Shown: positions 30,942 to 42,087, counted from the first letter of the stretch. The stretch is DNA of 64,000 nucleotides from an uncultured Gemmatimonadota bacterium (GCA_951812955.1 OX638340.1:1824001-1888000); one strand, 5' to 3'. The notes: generated by a model not told the origin, from the letters alone. Numbers and translations are program-made.

Positions 30942-31736
30942 ATGTTGACCGCCCATCAGAGATCCGAATTCGATGAGCATGGCTGGGTTCGCGTGCCCGG
31001 CATGATTCCGATCGAGGACGTCCGGCAGGTGCTGGATCGCATCTGGGACGATCTGGAGCAAAGGTGCGGGATCCCGCGCGATGATCCTGAGACCTGGCCT
31101 GTGACCAGGCCCAAGGGGTTCAATACGTTAATGCGGTCCGGAGCCTTCGAACCCACGTGCAGCCAAGCCGTGCAGGATGCGATTGACGATCTCCTGGGAC
31201 CTGGCCAATGGGAGAAACCATCCCCCTGGGGAGCACTCCTCCTTACCTTTCCTTCTAGCGAGCCGTGGGTTCTGCCCAATCATTCATGGCACATGGACCT
31301 GCTCAAAGCCGTGCATGACGGGGCCGAAACAACCCCGGGCGTACAGGTCTTCGCGATGCTGGAACCGCTGACCGCACAGGGCGGTGCAACGATTGGCCTT
31401 GCCGGGTCCCATCGGCTCGTTCGCCACCTTGCTCGGCAACCGGAGCTAATCGGTGAGGGCCGGTCTAAAGATATCAGTAAAGCAGTCAGGAGAGCGGCGC
31501 CAAATCTACGAGATCTGTGGTCCCGCGACCCTGGCGGTGACCGCGAGGAGCGTTACCTTATGAAACCAGTCGATGTTTTCGGCATCCCGGTGCAGGCCGT
31601 CGAATTCACCGGCGATCCAGGCGATGTGATCTTTATGCATCCGTGGATTTTGCATACAGCTTCTGCCAACTGCGGAAAGCGGCCTCGCATCGTGATTACA
31701 GAACGCAATTACAGAATCGAAAGAGAAGAGGCATAG
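30942..31736 (+). CDS. PhyH family dioxygenase (paralog 4)
   Basis: MLTAHQRSEFDEHGWVRVPGMI N-terminus, HSWHMD (HxD) and ILHTAS distal His. Its stop codon abuts the GTG start of the next FtsX gene. Confidence 0.75.
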   Translation: MLTAHQRSEFDEHGWVRVPGMIPIEDVRQVLDRIWDDLEQRCGIPRDDPETWPVTRPKGFNTLMRSGAFEPTCSQAVQDAIDDLLGPGQWEKPSPWGALLLTFPSSEPWVLPNHSWHMDLLKAVHDGAETTPGVQVFAMLEPLTAQGGATIGLAGSHRLVRHLARQPELIGEGRSKDISKAVRRAAPNLRDLWSRDPGGDREERYLMKPVDVFGIPVQAVEFTGDPGDVIFMHPWILHTASANCGKRPRIVITERNYRIEREEA

Positions 31737-34142
31737 GTGTTCCAGAACTACCTCAGTGTAGCCTTACGCAACCTCCGCAGGCATCCCGCCTACTCGCTCA
31801 TCAACATCGCAGGGCTTGCAATCGGCATGGCCACCTGCGTCCTGATCCTCCTGTATATCCAGGATGAGCTCAGCTACGACCGATATCATCCTCATGCCGA
31901 CCGCGTATACCGGATCGTCGACGACATCGAAAGCGGGGGACAGACCGTCCAGACCGCCGGGACTCCCACTGCCTGGGGACCTGCCCTGAAGCGCGACTTC
32001 CCCGAGATCGAGCTCGTTGTCCGGTTGAGAGGTACAGAATCCGCGTGGCTGGTCGATCTCGGCAACACAATCTACTATGAACGCAAAGTCATCTGGGCGG
32101 GATCGGACCTGTTCAGGATGTTCAGTTTTCCACTGGTCGCGGGCGACCCGGGCACCGCGCTGGCAGAACCGTATTCGATGGTGATCACCGAGGAATTGGC
32201 AGACAAGTATTTCGGCGCCGAAGAAGCCATTGGCAAAGCAGTCAATCTCGACAATCGCTGGGACTTCACGGTGACGGGCGTCATGAAGAACATTCCTACC
32301 AATTCTCACATGCGTCCAGACATGTTCGTATCCTATAGCACAATGATTGCGATACAGGCCTCCTGGGACCTGGAAGACTGGGAGTACCACCGAAACCTGT
32401 ACACCTACATCCGGCTCCGCGAGCATGTGTCACCGGATGATCTGGAAGCGAAATTGCCGGCATTTCTGGAACGTCACGCGGGTGACCAGTACCGGGAGGC
32501 GGGCATCAGCCTGCGGCCGTCGCTCCAGCCCCTGGTGGACATCCACCTCTATTCTAACCGGGAGAGTGAGCACGAACCCAACGGCGATATCCGGTACGTG
32601 GCCCTCTTCATGGCCATCGCGTTCCTGATCCTTATTATCGCATGCATCAATTTCATCAACCTGGCCACGGCCCGTTCCGAGATGCGCGCCAGGGAAGTCG
32701 GTGTGAGAAAGGTACTGGGCGCGAATCGGATCCAGTTGATCCGCCAGTTCCTGGGAGAATCGGTCCTCATGGCAGGTCTCGCCGCGATCGTTGCGGTAAT
32801 ACTGGTCCATCTCGCCTTGCCTGCCGTGAACGATATCGCGGGGAAACAACTCGCGCTGCCGCTTGCTGACTGGACCGTGCTGGCCGCGCTGGCCCTCGGT
32901 ACGACCTTGATCGGATTAACCGCCGGCAGTTATCCCGCGGCATACCTGTCGGGATTTCTTCCCGCCGTAGTAATGAAAGGCAACCCGGAGACGGGAAAGA
33001 AAGGCCTGGGGATGCGGCAGGCACTGGTGGTGATACAGTTCTCCATGTCCATCTTCCTGCTGGTCAGTACGGCCATCATCCATGATCAGCTCGATTACAT
33101 CCAGACCAAGCGGCTGGGTTTCAACAAAGAGCACGTTATGGTCGTCCCCATAACAGGTTCCCCGCAACTGCCAAATACGCCTGTCCTGAAGCAGCGCCTG
33201 TCGGAATTGCCCGGTGTCGTGGGTATCGCAACGACCACCGGCGTGCCAGGCATGCGGGTTATGCCTATCCTGGAGGTACGTCCCGAAGGAATGCGGCCTG
33301 AGGATCACCTGATGATGGCCACGCTGCACGTGGACGAGCACTTCCTGGACGTCATGAACATCGATCTCGTCGCTGGCCGGAACTTTTCATCGGACTGGGG
33401 TACGGATACGACCAGGGGGATCCTGATGAACGAGACGGCCGTCCGGTACCTGGACTGGGGAGCGCCCGACGACGCCATCGGCAGGCAAATCGAGCGGCTC
33501 AACTACAACAGGACGAAAGGCCGTGTGATCGGCGTGGTTCGGGATTTCCACCTGCGGACCATACACGAAGAGATCGAACCCGCATTGATCATGACCAGCA
33601 CCTATCACATTTTCGTCCTGATTCGAATCCAGCCCGAGGGAATCTCTGACACCATTGCACACATCGAGGAAATATGGAGGGATGTGGATCCCAGGTTTCC
33701 GCTGGATTATACCTTCCTGGACGAGGATTTCGACGCGCTGTACCGGACCGACCAGCAGCTTGGCGAGATCTTCGCGGTCTTCGCGTTTCTCGCGATCTTC
33801 GTGGCCTGCCTTGGACTCCTGGGTCTGGCTTCCTTTTCCATCCAGCAACGCACCCGCGAGATCGGAATCCGCAAAGTAGTCGGTTCATCGGTTTCCAGTA
33901 TCGTGTTGCTCCTGTCGAAGGATTTTATGAAGTACGTGCTCCTGGCGAACCTGATCGCCTGGCCGCTGACCTACTTCGTCATGAACAACTGGCTGCAGAA
34001 CTACGCCTACGCCGCGGAACTTCGATTCGAGTGGTTTATGGCCGGCGGTGTTTTTGCCCTGGTCATTGCCTGGTTGACGATCGGTGCGCATGCCCTCGCT
34101 GCGTCGCGTAGGAATCCGGTGAACGCGTTGCGGCAGGGGTGA
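31737..34142 (+). CDS. ABC transporter permease, FtsX/MacB-like (paralog 2), GTG start
   Basis: Same architecture and N-/C-terminal signatures as 28387-30783. Confidence 0.9.
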   Translation: MFQNYLSVALRNLRRHPAYSLINIAGLAIGMATCVLILLYIQDELSYDRYHPHADRVYRIVDDIESGGQTVQTAGTPTAWGPALKRDFPEIELVVRLRGTESAWLVDLGNTIYYERKVIWAGSDLFRMFSFPLVAGDPGTALAEPYSMVITEELADKYFGAEEAIGKAVNLDNRWDFTVTGVMKNIPTNSHMRPDMFVSYSTMIAIQASWDLEDWEYHRNLYTYIRLREHVSPDDLEAKLPAFLERHAGDQYREAGISLRPSLQPLVDIHLYSNRESEHEPNGDIRYVALFMAIAFLILIIACINFINLATARSEMRAREVGVRKVLGANRIQLIRQFLGESVLMAGLAAIVAVILVHLALPAVNDIAGKQLALPLADWTVLAALALGTTLIGLTAGSYPAAYLSGFLPAVVMKGNPETGKKGLGMRQALVVIQFSMSIFLLVSTAIIHDQLDYIQTKRLGFNKEHVMVVPITGSPQLPNTPVLKQRLSELPGVVGIATTTGVPGMRVMPILEVRPEGMRPEDHLMMATLHVDEHFLDVMNIDLVAGRNFSSDWGTDTTRGILMNETAVRYLDWGAPDDAIGRQIERLNYNRTKGRVIGVVRDFHLRTIHEEIEPALIMTSTYHIFVLIRIQPEGISDTIAHIEEIWRDVDPRFPLDYTFLDEDFDALYRTDQQLGEIFAVFAFLAIFVACLGLLGLASFSIQQRTREIGIRKVVGSSVSSIVLLLSKDFMKYVLLANLIAWPLTYFVMNNWLQNYAYAAELRFEWFMAGGVFALVIAWLTIGAHALAASRRNPVNALRQG

Positions 34143-34184
34143 TTTCGAGGTTGGAGGATTAAACGGCTGGAGATCGATTGGGAA

Positions 34185-34535
34185 ATGTCCGATTACCAGA
34201 ACGCGAAACTGATCGTCTTATCCATCCTGGAGATTTCAAAGGACGCGATCCACATTCATATAGGATTGATCGTGTTTTTTGCAGCGGTGGTCCTATGGAA
34301 AAAAGGCTCGGTTGAAGGTCGTTGTCTGATCCCGGTCGTAATTGTTGCATCCTTGATGGAAATGCTCGATCTACGAGATCTCTATATCCAATCTGGCTCT
34401 TTACACATCGCTGCCCTTACAGCAAGTGTACACGATTTACTCAATACATTATTCTGGCCGGTGGTCATCGTAGCACTTGCCTGGATGAGTAATCTGAATG
34501 ATCACCGTACAGGCAGGAAACGCTTTGGAGCATAG
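34185..34535 (+). CDS. Small hypothetical membrane protein (116 aa) in a lower-GC spacer between two FtsX genes
   Basis: Three hydrophobic segments. ATG with GGAG upstream. Region is about 48% GC. Confidence 0.4.
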   Translation: MSDYQNAKLIVLSILEISKDAIHIHIGLIVFFAAVVLWKKGSVEGRCLIPVVIVASLMEMLDLRDLYIQSGSLHIAALTASVHDLLNTLFWPVVIVALAWMSNLNDHRTGRKRFGA

Positions 34536-34700
34536 TTGTGGATTGGGTACGTGATTTCTATTCCAGGCAACACATCGCGCTTGCTCATGCGTAGTTCGTC
34601 TCAAAAAGGGCACGCAATCCAGTCATTGAGCATGTAGTGCATCCGCTCAGTATCCAAAGTAAGTCCTTCCCACCACGATTACCCCCAATCAAAGGCGCAA

Positions 34701-37106
34701 ATGGTTTTCCATTACCTCAGAATCGCCCTACGTAACATGATCCGGCAGCCTGGCTACGCCGGCATCAACATCCTCGGACTGGCGATCGGCATCACCTGCT
34801 GTATGCTGATTTTGCTGTATATCCGGAACGAACTGAGCTACGACCGTTTCCATGATCATGCCGATCGGATCTACCGTGTAGTAAACGGCAATTCCGCCCG
34901 CACGCCACCCGCAGTGGGACCGGCGTTCAAAGAACTGTTCCTGGAGGTAGAGGAATATGCCCGGATGCGGGGCACAGCCAATATCTGGATGATGGCCTAT
35001 GGGGACAATGCCTTCTTTGAAAGCGATGTCTTCAGGGCAAGCAGAGGCGTTTTCAAGGTCTTTTCTTTTCCGCTTGTACGGGGAAATCCACAAACCGCAC
35101 TGGACGACTATGCGCATCCGGAACAAACTGTCGTCATCAGCGAAACTATGGCGACTAAACTCTTCGGTGACGAAAATCCCATGGGCAAGCTGATCCGCGC
35201 GGACGATGAGGAAGACCTTCGTGTGACCGGTGTGATGAAAGCTGTGCCGTCCAATTCCCACTTCGCCGTCGAATATCTGGTTTGTGAGCGTCTCGATGTT
35301 GGAAATCTCAGCGAGCGTTACGCAACGAACTGGTTTGCTGCGGTGCATTTCACCTACGTTCTGCTGTCAGAGGGAACAGACCCCAGTGAATTGGAGAATA
35401 AAATCGCCAGATGGGCAGATACCTTTGAACCGCTGATGCGGCTCAAGGCGCGAGGCCTGCCCTTCACTCCCCGGCTACAGCCAATGACCGACATCCATCT
35501 GCGGTCGCACCTGGAAGAGGATATGGCAAGCAACAGCGATATCAGCTACATCTACATCTTTTCGGTCGTAGCGTTTTTTGTCGTTCTGATCGCCTGTATC
35601 AACTTCATGAATCTGGCCACGGCGCGGGCTACCATCCGGGCTAGAGAAGTGGCCATTCGGAAAACAACAGGCGCTTCGCGGACCGAGTTGATCATACAAT
35701 ACATGGGCGAGTCCATGATGTCGGCCGGGTTGGCCTTTGTAGTTGCCATGGCCCTCTTTATCGCCATCCTGCCCTGGTTCAATACGCTGGTGGGAAAGGC
35801 GTTTCAGATCAGTTACCTTGACAGTCCGGAGATGTTGCTCTGGATGATGGGCATAACGTTGTTTGTGGGACTGTTGTCCGGCAGTTATCCTGCGCTGTTT
35901 ATATCCAGGATTCATCCGGCAGGGATTTTCAGGGGTGAATTGACAAGCGGAACCACGGGTTCCACACTGCGCAAGAGCCTTGTGGTGGCGCAGTTCACGC
36001 TATCGATTCTGCTGATTATCAGTACGGCTATTGTGTATCAACAGCTGGATCACATGCAAAGTAAACAACTGGGATTCGATAAGGACCAGGTCGTGGTAAT
36101 CCCACTTATCGGAGGTGTGGAGCGGGATTTCAATGCCTTCAAGGCCCGGCTTTCCCAGAGTCCACATATTCAGCGTGTTACTCGATCTGTATTGATGCCG
36201 GGACGTATGGCCAGTTCCGTTCAAATGCCCGCCTTTGCAACACGTCTGGCAGATCAGCCTGAAGAGAAAATGGTCAGGATTCCCGCCCTGTTTGTTTCTG
36301 CCGATTTCGAAGAAACCCTTGGTCTCAGATTGCTTTCCGGACGTCCATTTTCCAGCGAACTGAACGATGATTCGAACAACGCGGTGATCCTTAACCGGGC
36401 CGCGGTTGAACGATTGGGGCTGACCACACCGGAGGAAGTCGCAGGACTTCATATACGTTACATAGGGAGCTCTCCAATCAGGATCATAGGCGTCGTAGAG
36501 GATTTCCATATGCAGAGCGTTCATAGTGCGGCAGGGCCGGTACAGCTGAGGTTCATGAACCGCGGTGGCGGCGGCCAGGCGGCGATACGATTACAGGCGC
36601 AGAATATACCGGATGGGATTGATGCGATTGAAGACACATGGGCTTCGATATTCCCCGACTACCCGTTAGCGTATTCGTTTCTGGATGAAGATTTCGAGCG
36701 ATTGTACGTGTCGGAACGACAGACCGGCAATCTGCTCGGGGCATTCAGCTTTCTAGCCATCTTCATTGCGTGTCTGGGCCTGTTCGGCCTTGCTGCGTTC
36801 ACCACCCGTCAGCAAACCAAAGAGGTCGGTATTCACAAAGTAATGGGGGCTTCGGTGACTCGTATCGTCTTTATGCTTTCAAAGGATTTTCTCAAGCTGG
36901 TAGCGATTGCCGTACCGGTCGCCTGGGTCCTGGCTTACTGGGCCATGAGCAACTGGCTGCAGAACTTCGCGTATCGGGTCGATATCGGCCCCGCGTGGTT
37001 CCTGATCGCCGCTTTCCTGGCACTGGCCATCGCACTGGCTACAGTCAGTTTCAAGGCGGTAACGACTGCGTTGACGAACCCGGTGGAGAGCCTGCGGTCA
37101 GAATAG
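34701..37106 (+). CDS. ABC transporter permease, FtsX/MacB-like (paralog 3, the most divergent)
   Basis: MVFHYLRIALRNMIRQPGYAGINILGLAIGITCCMLILLYIRNELSYDRFH; 801 aa. Confidence 0.9.
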   Translation: MVFHYLRIALRNMIRQPGYAGINILGLAIGITCCMLILLYIRNELSYDRFHDHADRIYRVVNGNSARTPPAVGPAFKELFLEVEEYARMRGTANIWMMAYGDNAFFESDVFRASRGVFKVFSFPLVRGNPQTALDDYAHPEQTVVISETMATKLFGDENPMGKLIRADDEEDLRVTGVMKAVPSNSHFAVEYLVCERLDVGNLSERYATNWFAAVHFTYVLLSEGTDPSELENKIARWADTFEPLMRLKARGLPFTPRLQPMTDIHLRSHLEEDMASNSDISYIYIFSVVAFFVVLIACINFMNLATARATIRAREVAIRKTTGASRTELIIQYMGESMMSAGLAFVVAMALFIAILPWFNTLVGKAFQISYLDSPEMLLWMMGITLFVGLLSGSYPALFISRIHPAGIFRGELTSGTTGSTLRKSLVVAQFTLSILLIISTAIVYQQLDHMQSKQLGFDKDQVVVIPLIGGVERDFNAFKARLSQSPHIQRVTRSVLMPGRMASSVQMPAFATRLADQPEEKMVRIPALFVSADFEETLGLRLLSGRPFSSELNDDSNNAVILNRAAVERLGLTTPEEVAGLHIRYIGSSPIRIIGVVEDFHMQSVHSAAGPVQLRFMNRGGGGQAAIRLQAQNIPDGIDAIEDTWASIFPDYPLAYSFLDEDFERLYVSERQTGNLLGAFSFLAIFIACLGLFGLAAFTTRQQTKEVGIHKVMGASVTRIVFMLSKDFLKLVAIAVPVAWVLAYWAMSNWLQNFAYRVDIGPAWFLIAAFLALAIALATVSFKAVTTALTNPVESLRSE

Positions 37107-37136
37107 GGAAGGTAGTCTGACAAGGCGGCCTGATAG

Positions 37137-38003
37137 ATGAACATTACTTTTCTCGGAACAGCGGCCGCGCCATCGATGCCGATCCCTTTCTGCGTCTGCG
37201 AGGTCTGTTCGGAAGCCAGAAGGGTTGGCGGCAAGAACCTCCGCCGGAGATCGTCGTTGGTAATCAACGATGATCTGCTGGTGGACATCGGTCCGGACAT
37301 CGCGGCCGCGTCATTCCAACAACAAATCTCGCTCGCCGGCATCGGCATATGCCTTCAAACGCACCCGCACGCGGACCATCTGGATATAGGATTTCTCCTC
37401 TCTAGACATACCGAATACGGGACGGAAGTCTCCGGCGACCTGTTGCTTGCTGGCTCAGATGAAACACTGCGCGTGATCGATGATTTTGTGAGTAAACAAA
37501 GTGCGTACGGGAGCATTTTCGATTCGGAAACACAGTCTGCGTTGAAGTTGAAACTTCTATCCCTTACGCCTTTTGAAGCATACAGTATAGATGGATACCA
37601 CATTACCGGATTTCCCGCCAGTCACGGCAACGATCAGGGGTTTCTACTATATTCAATTGTGCAGGGAGACCACGCCGTGTTCTATGGCACCGACACGTCG
37701 GTGCTGTCCGAAGAGGTCTGGGAACACCTTCAGCAGGAACGCACCATGTTTGACGTGGTCATACTCGATCACACCTACGGAATCGGTTTTGAATCCAGGC
37801 CGGCGGACCATCTGGCGTCGAAGGATGTTGCCGCCCACACGGATCGATTCCGCGAATGCGGATTGCTTAAGGACAACGGCTTGGTGTACGCGACTCACCT
37901 GTCTCATGAAGGGAACCTGGTGCACGATGAGTTGGATGAATACGCCAGGAATTTCGGCTATCGAGTGGCCTATGACGGGTTAAGTTTGAAGCTGGATGAC
38001 TGA
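37137..38003 (+). CDS. MBL-fold metallo-hydrolase (PhnP/RNase-Z-like)
   Basis: HPHADHLD (HxHxDH) metal-binding motif; 288 aa. Confidence 0.7.
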   Translation: MNITFLGTAAAPSMPIPFCVCEVCSEARRVGGKNLRRRSSLVINDDLLVDIGPDIAAASFQQQISLAGIGICLQTHPHADHLDIGFLLSRHTEYGTEVSGDLLLAGSDETLRVIDDFVSKQSAYGSIFDSETQSALKLKLLSLTPFEAYSIDGYHITGFPASHGNDQGFLLYSIVQGDHAVFYGTDTSVLSEEVWEHLQQERTMFDVVILDHTYGIGFESRPADHLASKDVAAHTDRFRECGLLKDNGLVYATHLSHEGNLVHDELDEYARNFGYRVAYDGLSLKLDD

Positions 38004-38078
38004 GTATCGCGCATCTGCGTTGTTCGCGTAACAACCCGGATAACAAATCGTTACTACCTATGGAAAAGACGATTTGAC

Positions 38079-39086
38079 GTGGAATTGGATATGGTATTCG
38101 AGTTGCCGAACCCCGAGTGGCTAAACCGCCAGTATGGTATCTGCTGGGACGGGCAGTACTGCGACATGAGCGGCAACTTTGCCCGTGTAGCCCGGATCGA
38201 GTCGAAGGATGACGGCAAATCGCTCGTCCTACGGATCTCCGACCCCGGTCGCATATCAAAAGAACGGCTGAAACGGGTACACTTGTACCAGACCCACGTG
38301 AATACGCAGGGTGTACGGACGGTCCTTCCGCTGAAGACCCTGGAAGGTGACACCGTTTCCACGACGGTACAGGGAATGACTATGGAGGTCTTTCCATTCA
38401 TCAAGGGGAGATCGCCCCAAAGAGGCAATTCCACGGACATTCGTCGGGTCGGTTGCGAATTAGGCAGACTGCACAGTGCCGGAACCGATTTCTCGCAACT
38501 GTACGACGAGGAAAGTCTGTTTCAAAACCATCTCGCAGTCAACCAGTTGATGGAAGAAGTCCGGGAGAAACGAGAGTCAACCAAGGATAAGATTTTTCAT
38601 GAACAGTTCATCGAGTACGTTGAGGAGACGGAACGCTGGATTGAAGCGATCGAAAGCCGGCGCAGCGGACTGGTTGAAACGGGTCTTCATATGGACACCG
38701 GCCCACAGAACATGATCATCGACAGTGAAGATGAACTCTGGTTTATTGACTGTGCCCATATGGTTAGAGGAAGGCGTGTGTTCGAGATATGCGTTACCCT
38801 GTACTACCTCGACCCCAGTTCTGGTAAACAGTTAGGTGAACCGGCCAGGTATCAACTCGCTGTTGAAAGCGTGGAAGCCGCCTTTCTGGATGGATACACG
38901 GATAACTGCGAACCTCCGTGGAGCGACCAGGAATCGGTGGCACTTGGGATCGAACGCATGCTTATGTTCATCCACGGAGTTACCTACTGGACGGAACGGT
39001 GGGATGAAGATACGGTCCTGAAAGAGTATGGCCGATGGAAAGAGTACCATACCGCCATGAGAGCAGAACTCAATCACATCGTGTAA
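38079..39086 (+). CDS. Aminoglycoside/choline-kinase-like phosphotransferase (APH fold)
   Basis: DTGPQNMIIDSEDELWFIDCAHM matches the catalytic-loop and DFG-like region of APH/ChoK-family kinases. Confidence 0.6.
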   Translation: MELDMVFELPNPEWLNRQYGICWDGQYCDMSGNFARVARIESKDDGKSLVLRISDPGRISKERLKRVHLYQTHVNTQGVRTVLPLKTLEGDTVSTTVQGMTMEVFPFIKGRSPQRGNSTDIRRVGCELGRLHSAGTDFSQLYDEESLFQNHLAVNQLMEEVREKRESTKDKIFHEQFIEYVEETERWIEAIESRRSGLVETGLHMDTGPQNMIIDSEDELWFIDCAHMVRGRRVFEICVTLYYLDPSSGKQLGEPARYQLAVESVEAAFLDGYTDNCEPPWSDQESVALGIERMLMFIHGVTYWTERWDEDTVLKEYGRWKEYHTAMRAELNHIV

Positions 39087-39148
39087 TACGATTGGAAGAT
39101 CGATACGATGCAGGCAGGATTCACGCCGTGCGATAGAGAAACAACATT

Positions 39149-40054
39149 ATGACACCCATCAATCCAGACTACGTCCGACTGGTGACATCCGATATCGGCA
39201 ACTTCTGGCGGGCATACGACCTGTCGGAAGGCAAAACTACAGAAGAAAAGATCGAAATCTACAATACGGAATACCTGGCTAGAGGTAGCATTGGTCTCCG
39301 GGATTTTGTAGATGCCAGAATCAAGAGCGCCGAAGAGTTGGTCAAGGCTGTTGAGACTATGCCGAAGTTCTATGCTTCTATCAGAGAAAGTTCGAATCGG
39401 GTTCTGGAGATGACAGATCGAATTCGAAGCTATATGCACAACTTCAAGGCCCTTTATGACGATGCGATATTCCCGGACGTGTACTTTCTGATTGGTAGAA
39501 TGAACAGTGGCGGAACAACCTCGCAGAACGGTCTGCTCATAGGGACTGAGATACTATGTCGAACAGACGATACACCCGAAGACGAACTTCCACAGGTGTA
39601 TCGGAAACTTATCAAACCAATAAACTACCTGCCCTATGTGGTTATTCACGAACTCATACATCCCCAGCAGAAGTACAATTTCGAAGGCAACAAGCTCCTG
39701 GGGGGTTCCATAATGGAAGGAGCGGCCGATTTTCTCGGAGAACTTGCCAGCGGAGGACTATTGAACGAGCATCAGCACGAATATGGACGAGTTCACGAAA
39801 CCGAGCTATGGGAAGCGTTTTCTGAAGATATGCTTCAGGATGATTGGAGAAAATGGTTCTATAACTACTCTGATAATACAGGCGATAGGCCTCCCGATAT
39901 GGGATATTACATAGGCTACAAAATATGTGAATCATACTACGAGAAGATGGACGACAAACGGCAGGCCATACGAGACATCCTGGCTGTCAAGGATGCAACA
40001 GACGCACTTCGATTCCTGACAGAAAGTGGATACGGTAAATCGGGCCATCCATGA
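39149..40054 (+). CDS. Putative Zn-dependent protease, DUF2268-like (HExxH)
   Basis: VVIHELIHPQQ...GGSIMEGAADF contains an HExxH motif followed by an EG region. Confidence 0.5.
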   Translation: MTPINPDYVRLVTSDIGNFWRAYDLSEGKTTEEKIEIYNTEYLARGSIGLRDFVDARIKSAEELVKAVETMPKFYASIRESSNRVLEMTDRIRSYMHNFKALYDDAIFPDVYFLIGRMNSGGTTSQNGLLIGTEILCRTDDTPEDELPQVYRKLIKPINYLPYVVIHELIHPQQKYNFEGNKLLGGSIMEGAADFLGELASGGLLNEHQHEYGRVHETELWEAFSEDMLQDDWRKWFYNYSDNTGDRPPDMGYYIGYKICESYYEKMDDKRQAIRDILAVKDATDALRFLTESGYGKSGHP

Positions 40055-40078
40055 CTTCGACTTGCTCCTTGTTTGGCA

Positions 40079-41215
40079 ATGAACGTGCTGCGGAATTGGA
40101 AAGGCAACATGAAATTAAAGTCCAATGAGTCTCTCGATCACCTGGTTCTGCAGCTGGAAGAACAGATCCCTCAGATTATGAGGGAAGCCAACGTTCCTGG
40201 TCTCTCGATCGCGTTGATACAGAATGTGGAAGCGGTTTGGACACATGGCTTCGGCGTAATGAACACGGAAACGCGTCAACCCGTGAAACCGGAAACCATA
40301 TTCGAAGGCTGTTCATTGAGCAAACCGATTTTCGCATATGCCGTGCTTAACCTCTGCGAGACGGGGATTCTGGACTTGGACAAGCCATTGTCCCATTACA
40401 GTCCTGATCCTTATGCGGCCGATGACCCCAGAGTTCAGATGATTACCATGCGACAAGCTCTTGCCCATACTTCCGGTTTACCAAACTGGCGCCCTGACTG
40501 CTGGGATTCAGAAGGATGGAATCCTGAAGGCAAACCTTTGCAAACCTATTTTGAACCCGGCGAACGTTTCAGCTATTCCGGTGAAGGATACATGTACGTG
40601 CAGCATGTGGTTGAGCATATTGCGGGTCAATCCGGCGAGTCTTATATGCAAAACGAGTTGTTCAATCCGGCGGGAATGGAGTTCAGCACGTATCTATGTA
40701 CATCGGATCAAGCCCCTGGTATGGCAACCGGGCATGATGAACACGGGCAACCGGTTAAAAAACAGATGTACAGGTCCATGTGTTCGGCCGCTAGCCTCCA
40801 TTCGACACCTTCGGACGTAGCTAAGATCTTGTGCGCCTGTATGCGACCCCGAACTGGTGCTTCCTGGCACATCAATGCCGAATTGGCGAAGGAAATGGCC
40901 ACCGCCCAGGTCCCGGTAAACGATTCTGCTTCGTGGCATGACAATTGGCCGGATGTCCCGGTAAAGGATGATCCCTTTGTTTCGTGGGGACTCGGTTGGG
41001 CTACTCAATACCATAATGGGCTAAAAGCTATCTGGCATTGGGGAGACAACGGTCCCTTCAAGGCATTTGCATTAGGGTATCCTGAAGAGGGAACAGGTTT
41101 AGTGGCCATGGCCAACGGATCAAATGGTTACAAGCTCTGGTCCGCGTTGTGCAGCATGGCATTGGGCGGAGAGTATCCCTGTATCGACTGGTTGGACCGG
41201 GTGGTGTATAGCTGA
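40079..41215 (+). CDS. Serine hydrolase, class C beta-lactamase / penicillin-binding-protein-like
   Basis: CSLSKPIFAYAV (SxxK active-site motif) about 75 aa from the N-terminus; YSGEGY region downstream. Confidence 0.7.
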   Translation: MNVLRNWKGNMKLKSNESLDHLVLQLEEQIPQIMREANVPGLSIALIQNVEAVWTHGFGVMNTETRQPVKPETIFEGCSLSKPIFAYAVLNLCETGILDLDKPLSHYSPDPYAADDPRVQMITMRQALAHTSGLPNWRPDCWDSEGWNPEGKPLQTYFEPGERFSYSGEGYMYVQHVVEHIAGQSGESYMQNELFNPAGMEFSTYLCTSDQAPGMATGHDEHGQPVKKQMYRSMCSAASLHSTPSDVAKILCACMRPRTGASWHINAELAKEMATAQVPVNDSASWHDNWPDVPVKDDPFVSWGLGWATQYHNGLKAIWHWGDNGPFKAFALGYPEEGTGLVAMANGSNGYKLWSALCSMALGGEYPCIDWLDRVVYS

Positions 41216-41322
41216 TTGCGGGATACTAGTTCGAGACATTGAAGCCTCCGTTTTTGAGCGTAGTGAATTATGCCGTGCTGTAAAGTGGTCTCCAAATACT
41301 GCCTAAATTCAAAGTTGAAACA

Positions 41323-42087
41323 ATGGAAGAATCCCCTGATCGTCCAGTCGCGCTGGTTACAGGCGTGAGCCGAAAAATAGGCATCGGTGCAGCAATCTCT
41401 CTGGCCTTAGCCAAAACAGGTTGGGACGTGGCCACTTCTTACTGGCAACCGTACGATGCTTCCATGCCATGGGGTAGCGACGATACCGAAGCCGGAAAAA
41501 TCACTGATCAGATCCGTGGCTTCTCCGCAAGGACGGTTTCCATTGAAGCCGACCTTTCAGACACCGCGTCACCGAAGCGTATTTTTGATCGTATCGAAAG
41601 TTCACTTGGATCAGTAACCGCTCTAGTTATGGCTCATTGTCATTCGGTAGACAGCAGCATTAAGTCCACCACAATCGAGAGTTTCGATTTGCATTTTACT
41701 GTAAACGCTCGAGCTACATGGCTGCTGATCCGGGAGTTCGGGAGACGTTACCGAAATGAATATGGGCGGGGCCGTGTTATCTCGATAACCAGCGATCATA
41801 CTACGCACAACTTGCCTTACGGGGCCAGCAAAGGAGCCATGGATCGGATCGTCCTCGCGGCAGCGCAGGAATTCAGGGAACTGGGAGTCACGGCAAATGT
41901 TATCAATCCGGGTGGAACAGACACGGGTTGGATGTCGGATGATCTGAAGGAACGCGTACAAAGTGAGACACCGTTGGGCCGAATCGGCTTGCCTGCAGAC
42001 TGTGCCTGTCTTGTCAGTTTCCTCTGTTCCGAAGAGGGTGAATGGATCAACGGCCAGTTAATTTACAGCAATGGCGGTGTTCGGTAA
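41323..42087 (+). CDS. SDR family oxidoreductase
   Basis: ALVTGVSRKIGIGAAISLALAKTGWDV Rossmann motif, YGASK catalytic Y/K, INPGGTDTGW. Confidence 0.75.
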   Translation: MEESPDRPVALVTGVSRKIGIGAAISLALAKTGWDVATSYWQPYDASMPWGSDDTEAGKITDQIRGFSARTVSIEADLSDTASPKRIFDRIESSLGSVTALVMAHCHSVDSSIKSTTIESFDLHFTVNARATWLLIREFGRRYRNEYGRGRVISITSDHTTHNLPYGASKGAMDRIVLAAAQEFRELGVTANVINPGGTDTGWMSDDLKERVQSETPLGRIGLPADCACLVSFLCSEEGEWINGQLIYSNGGVR

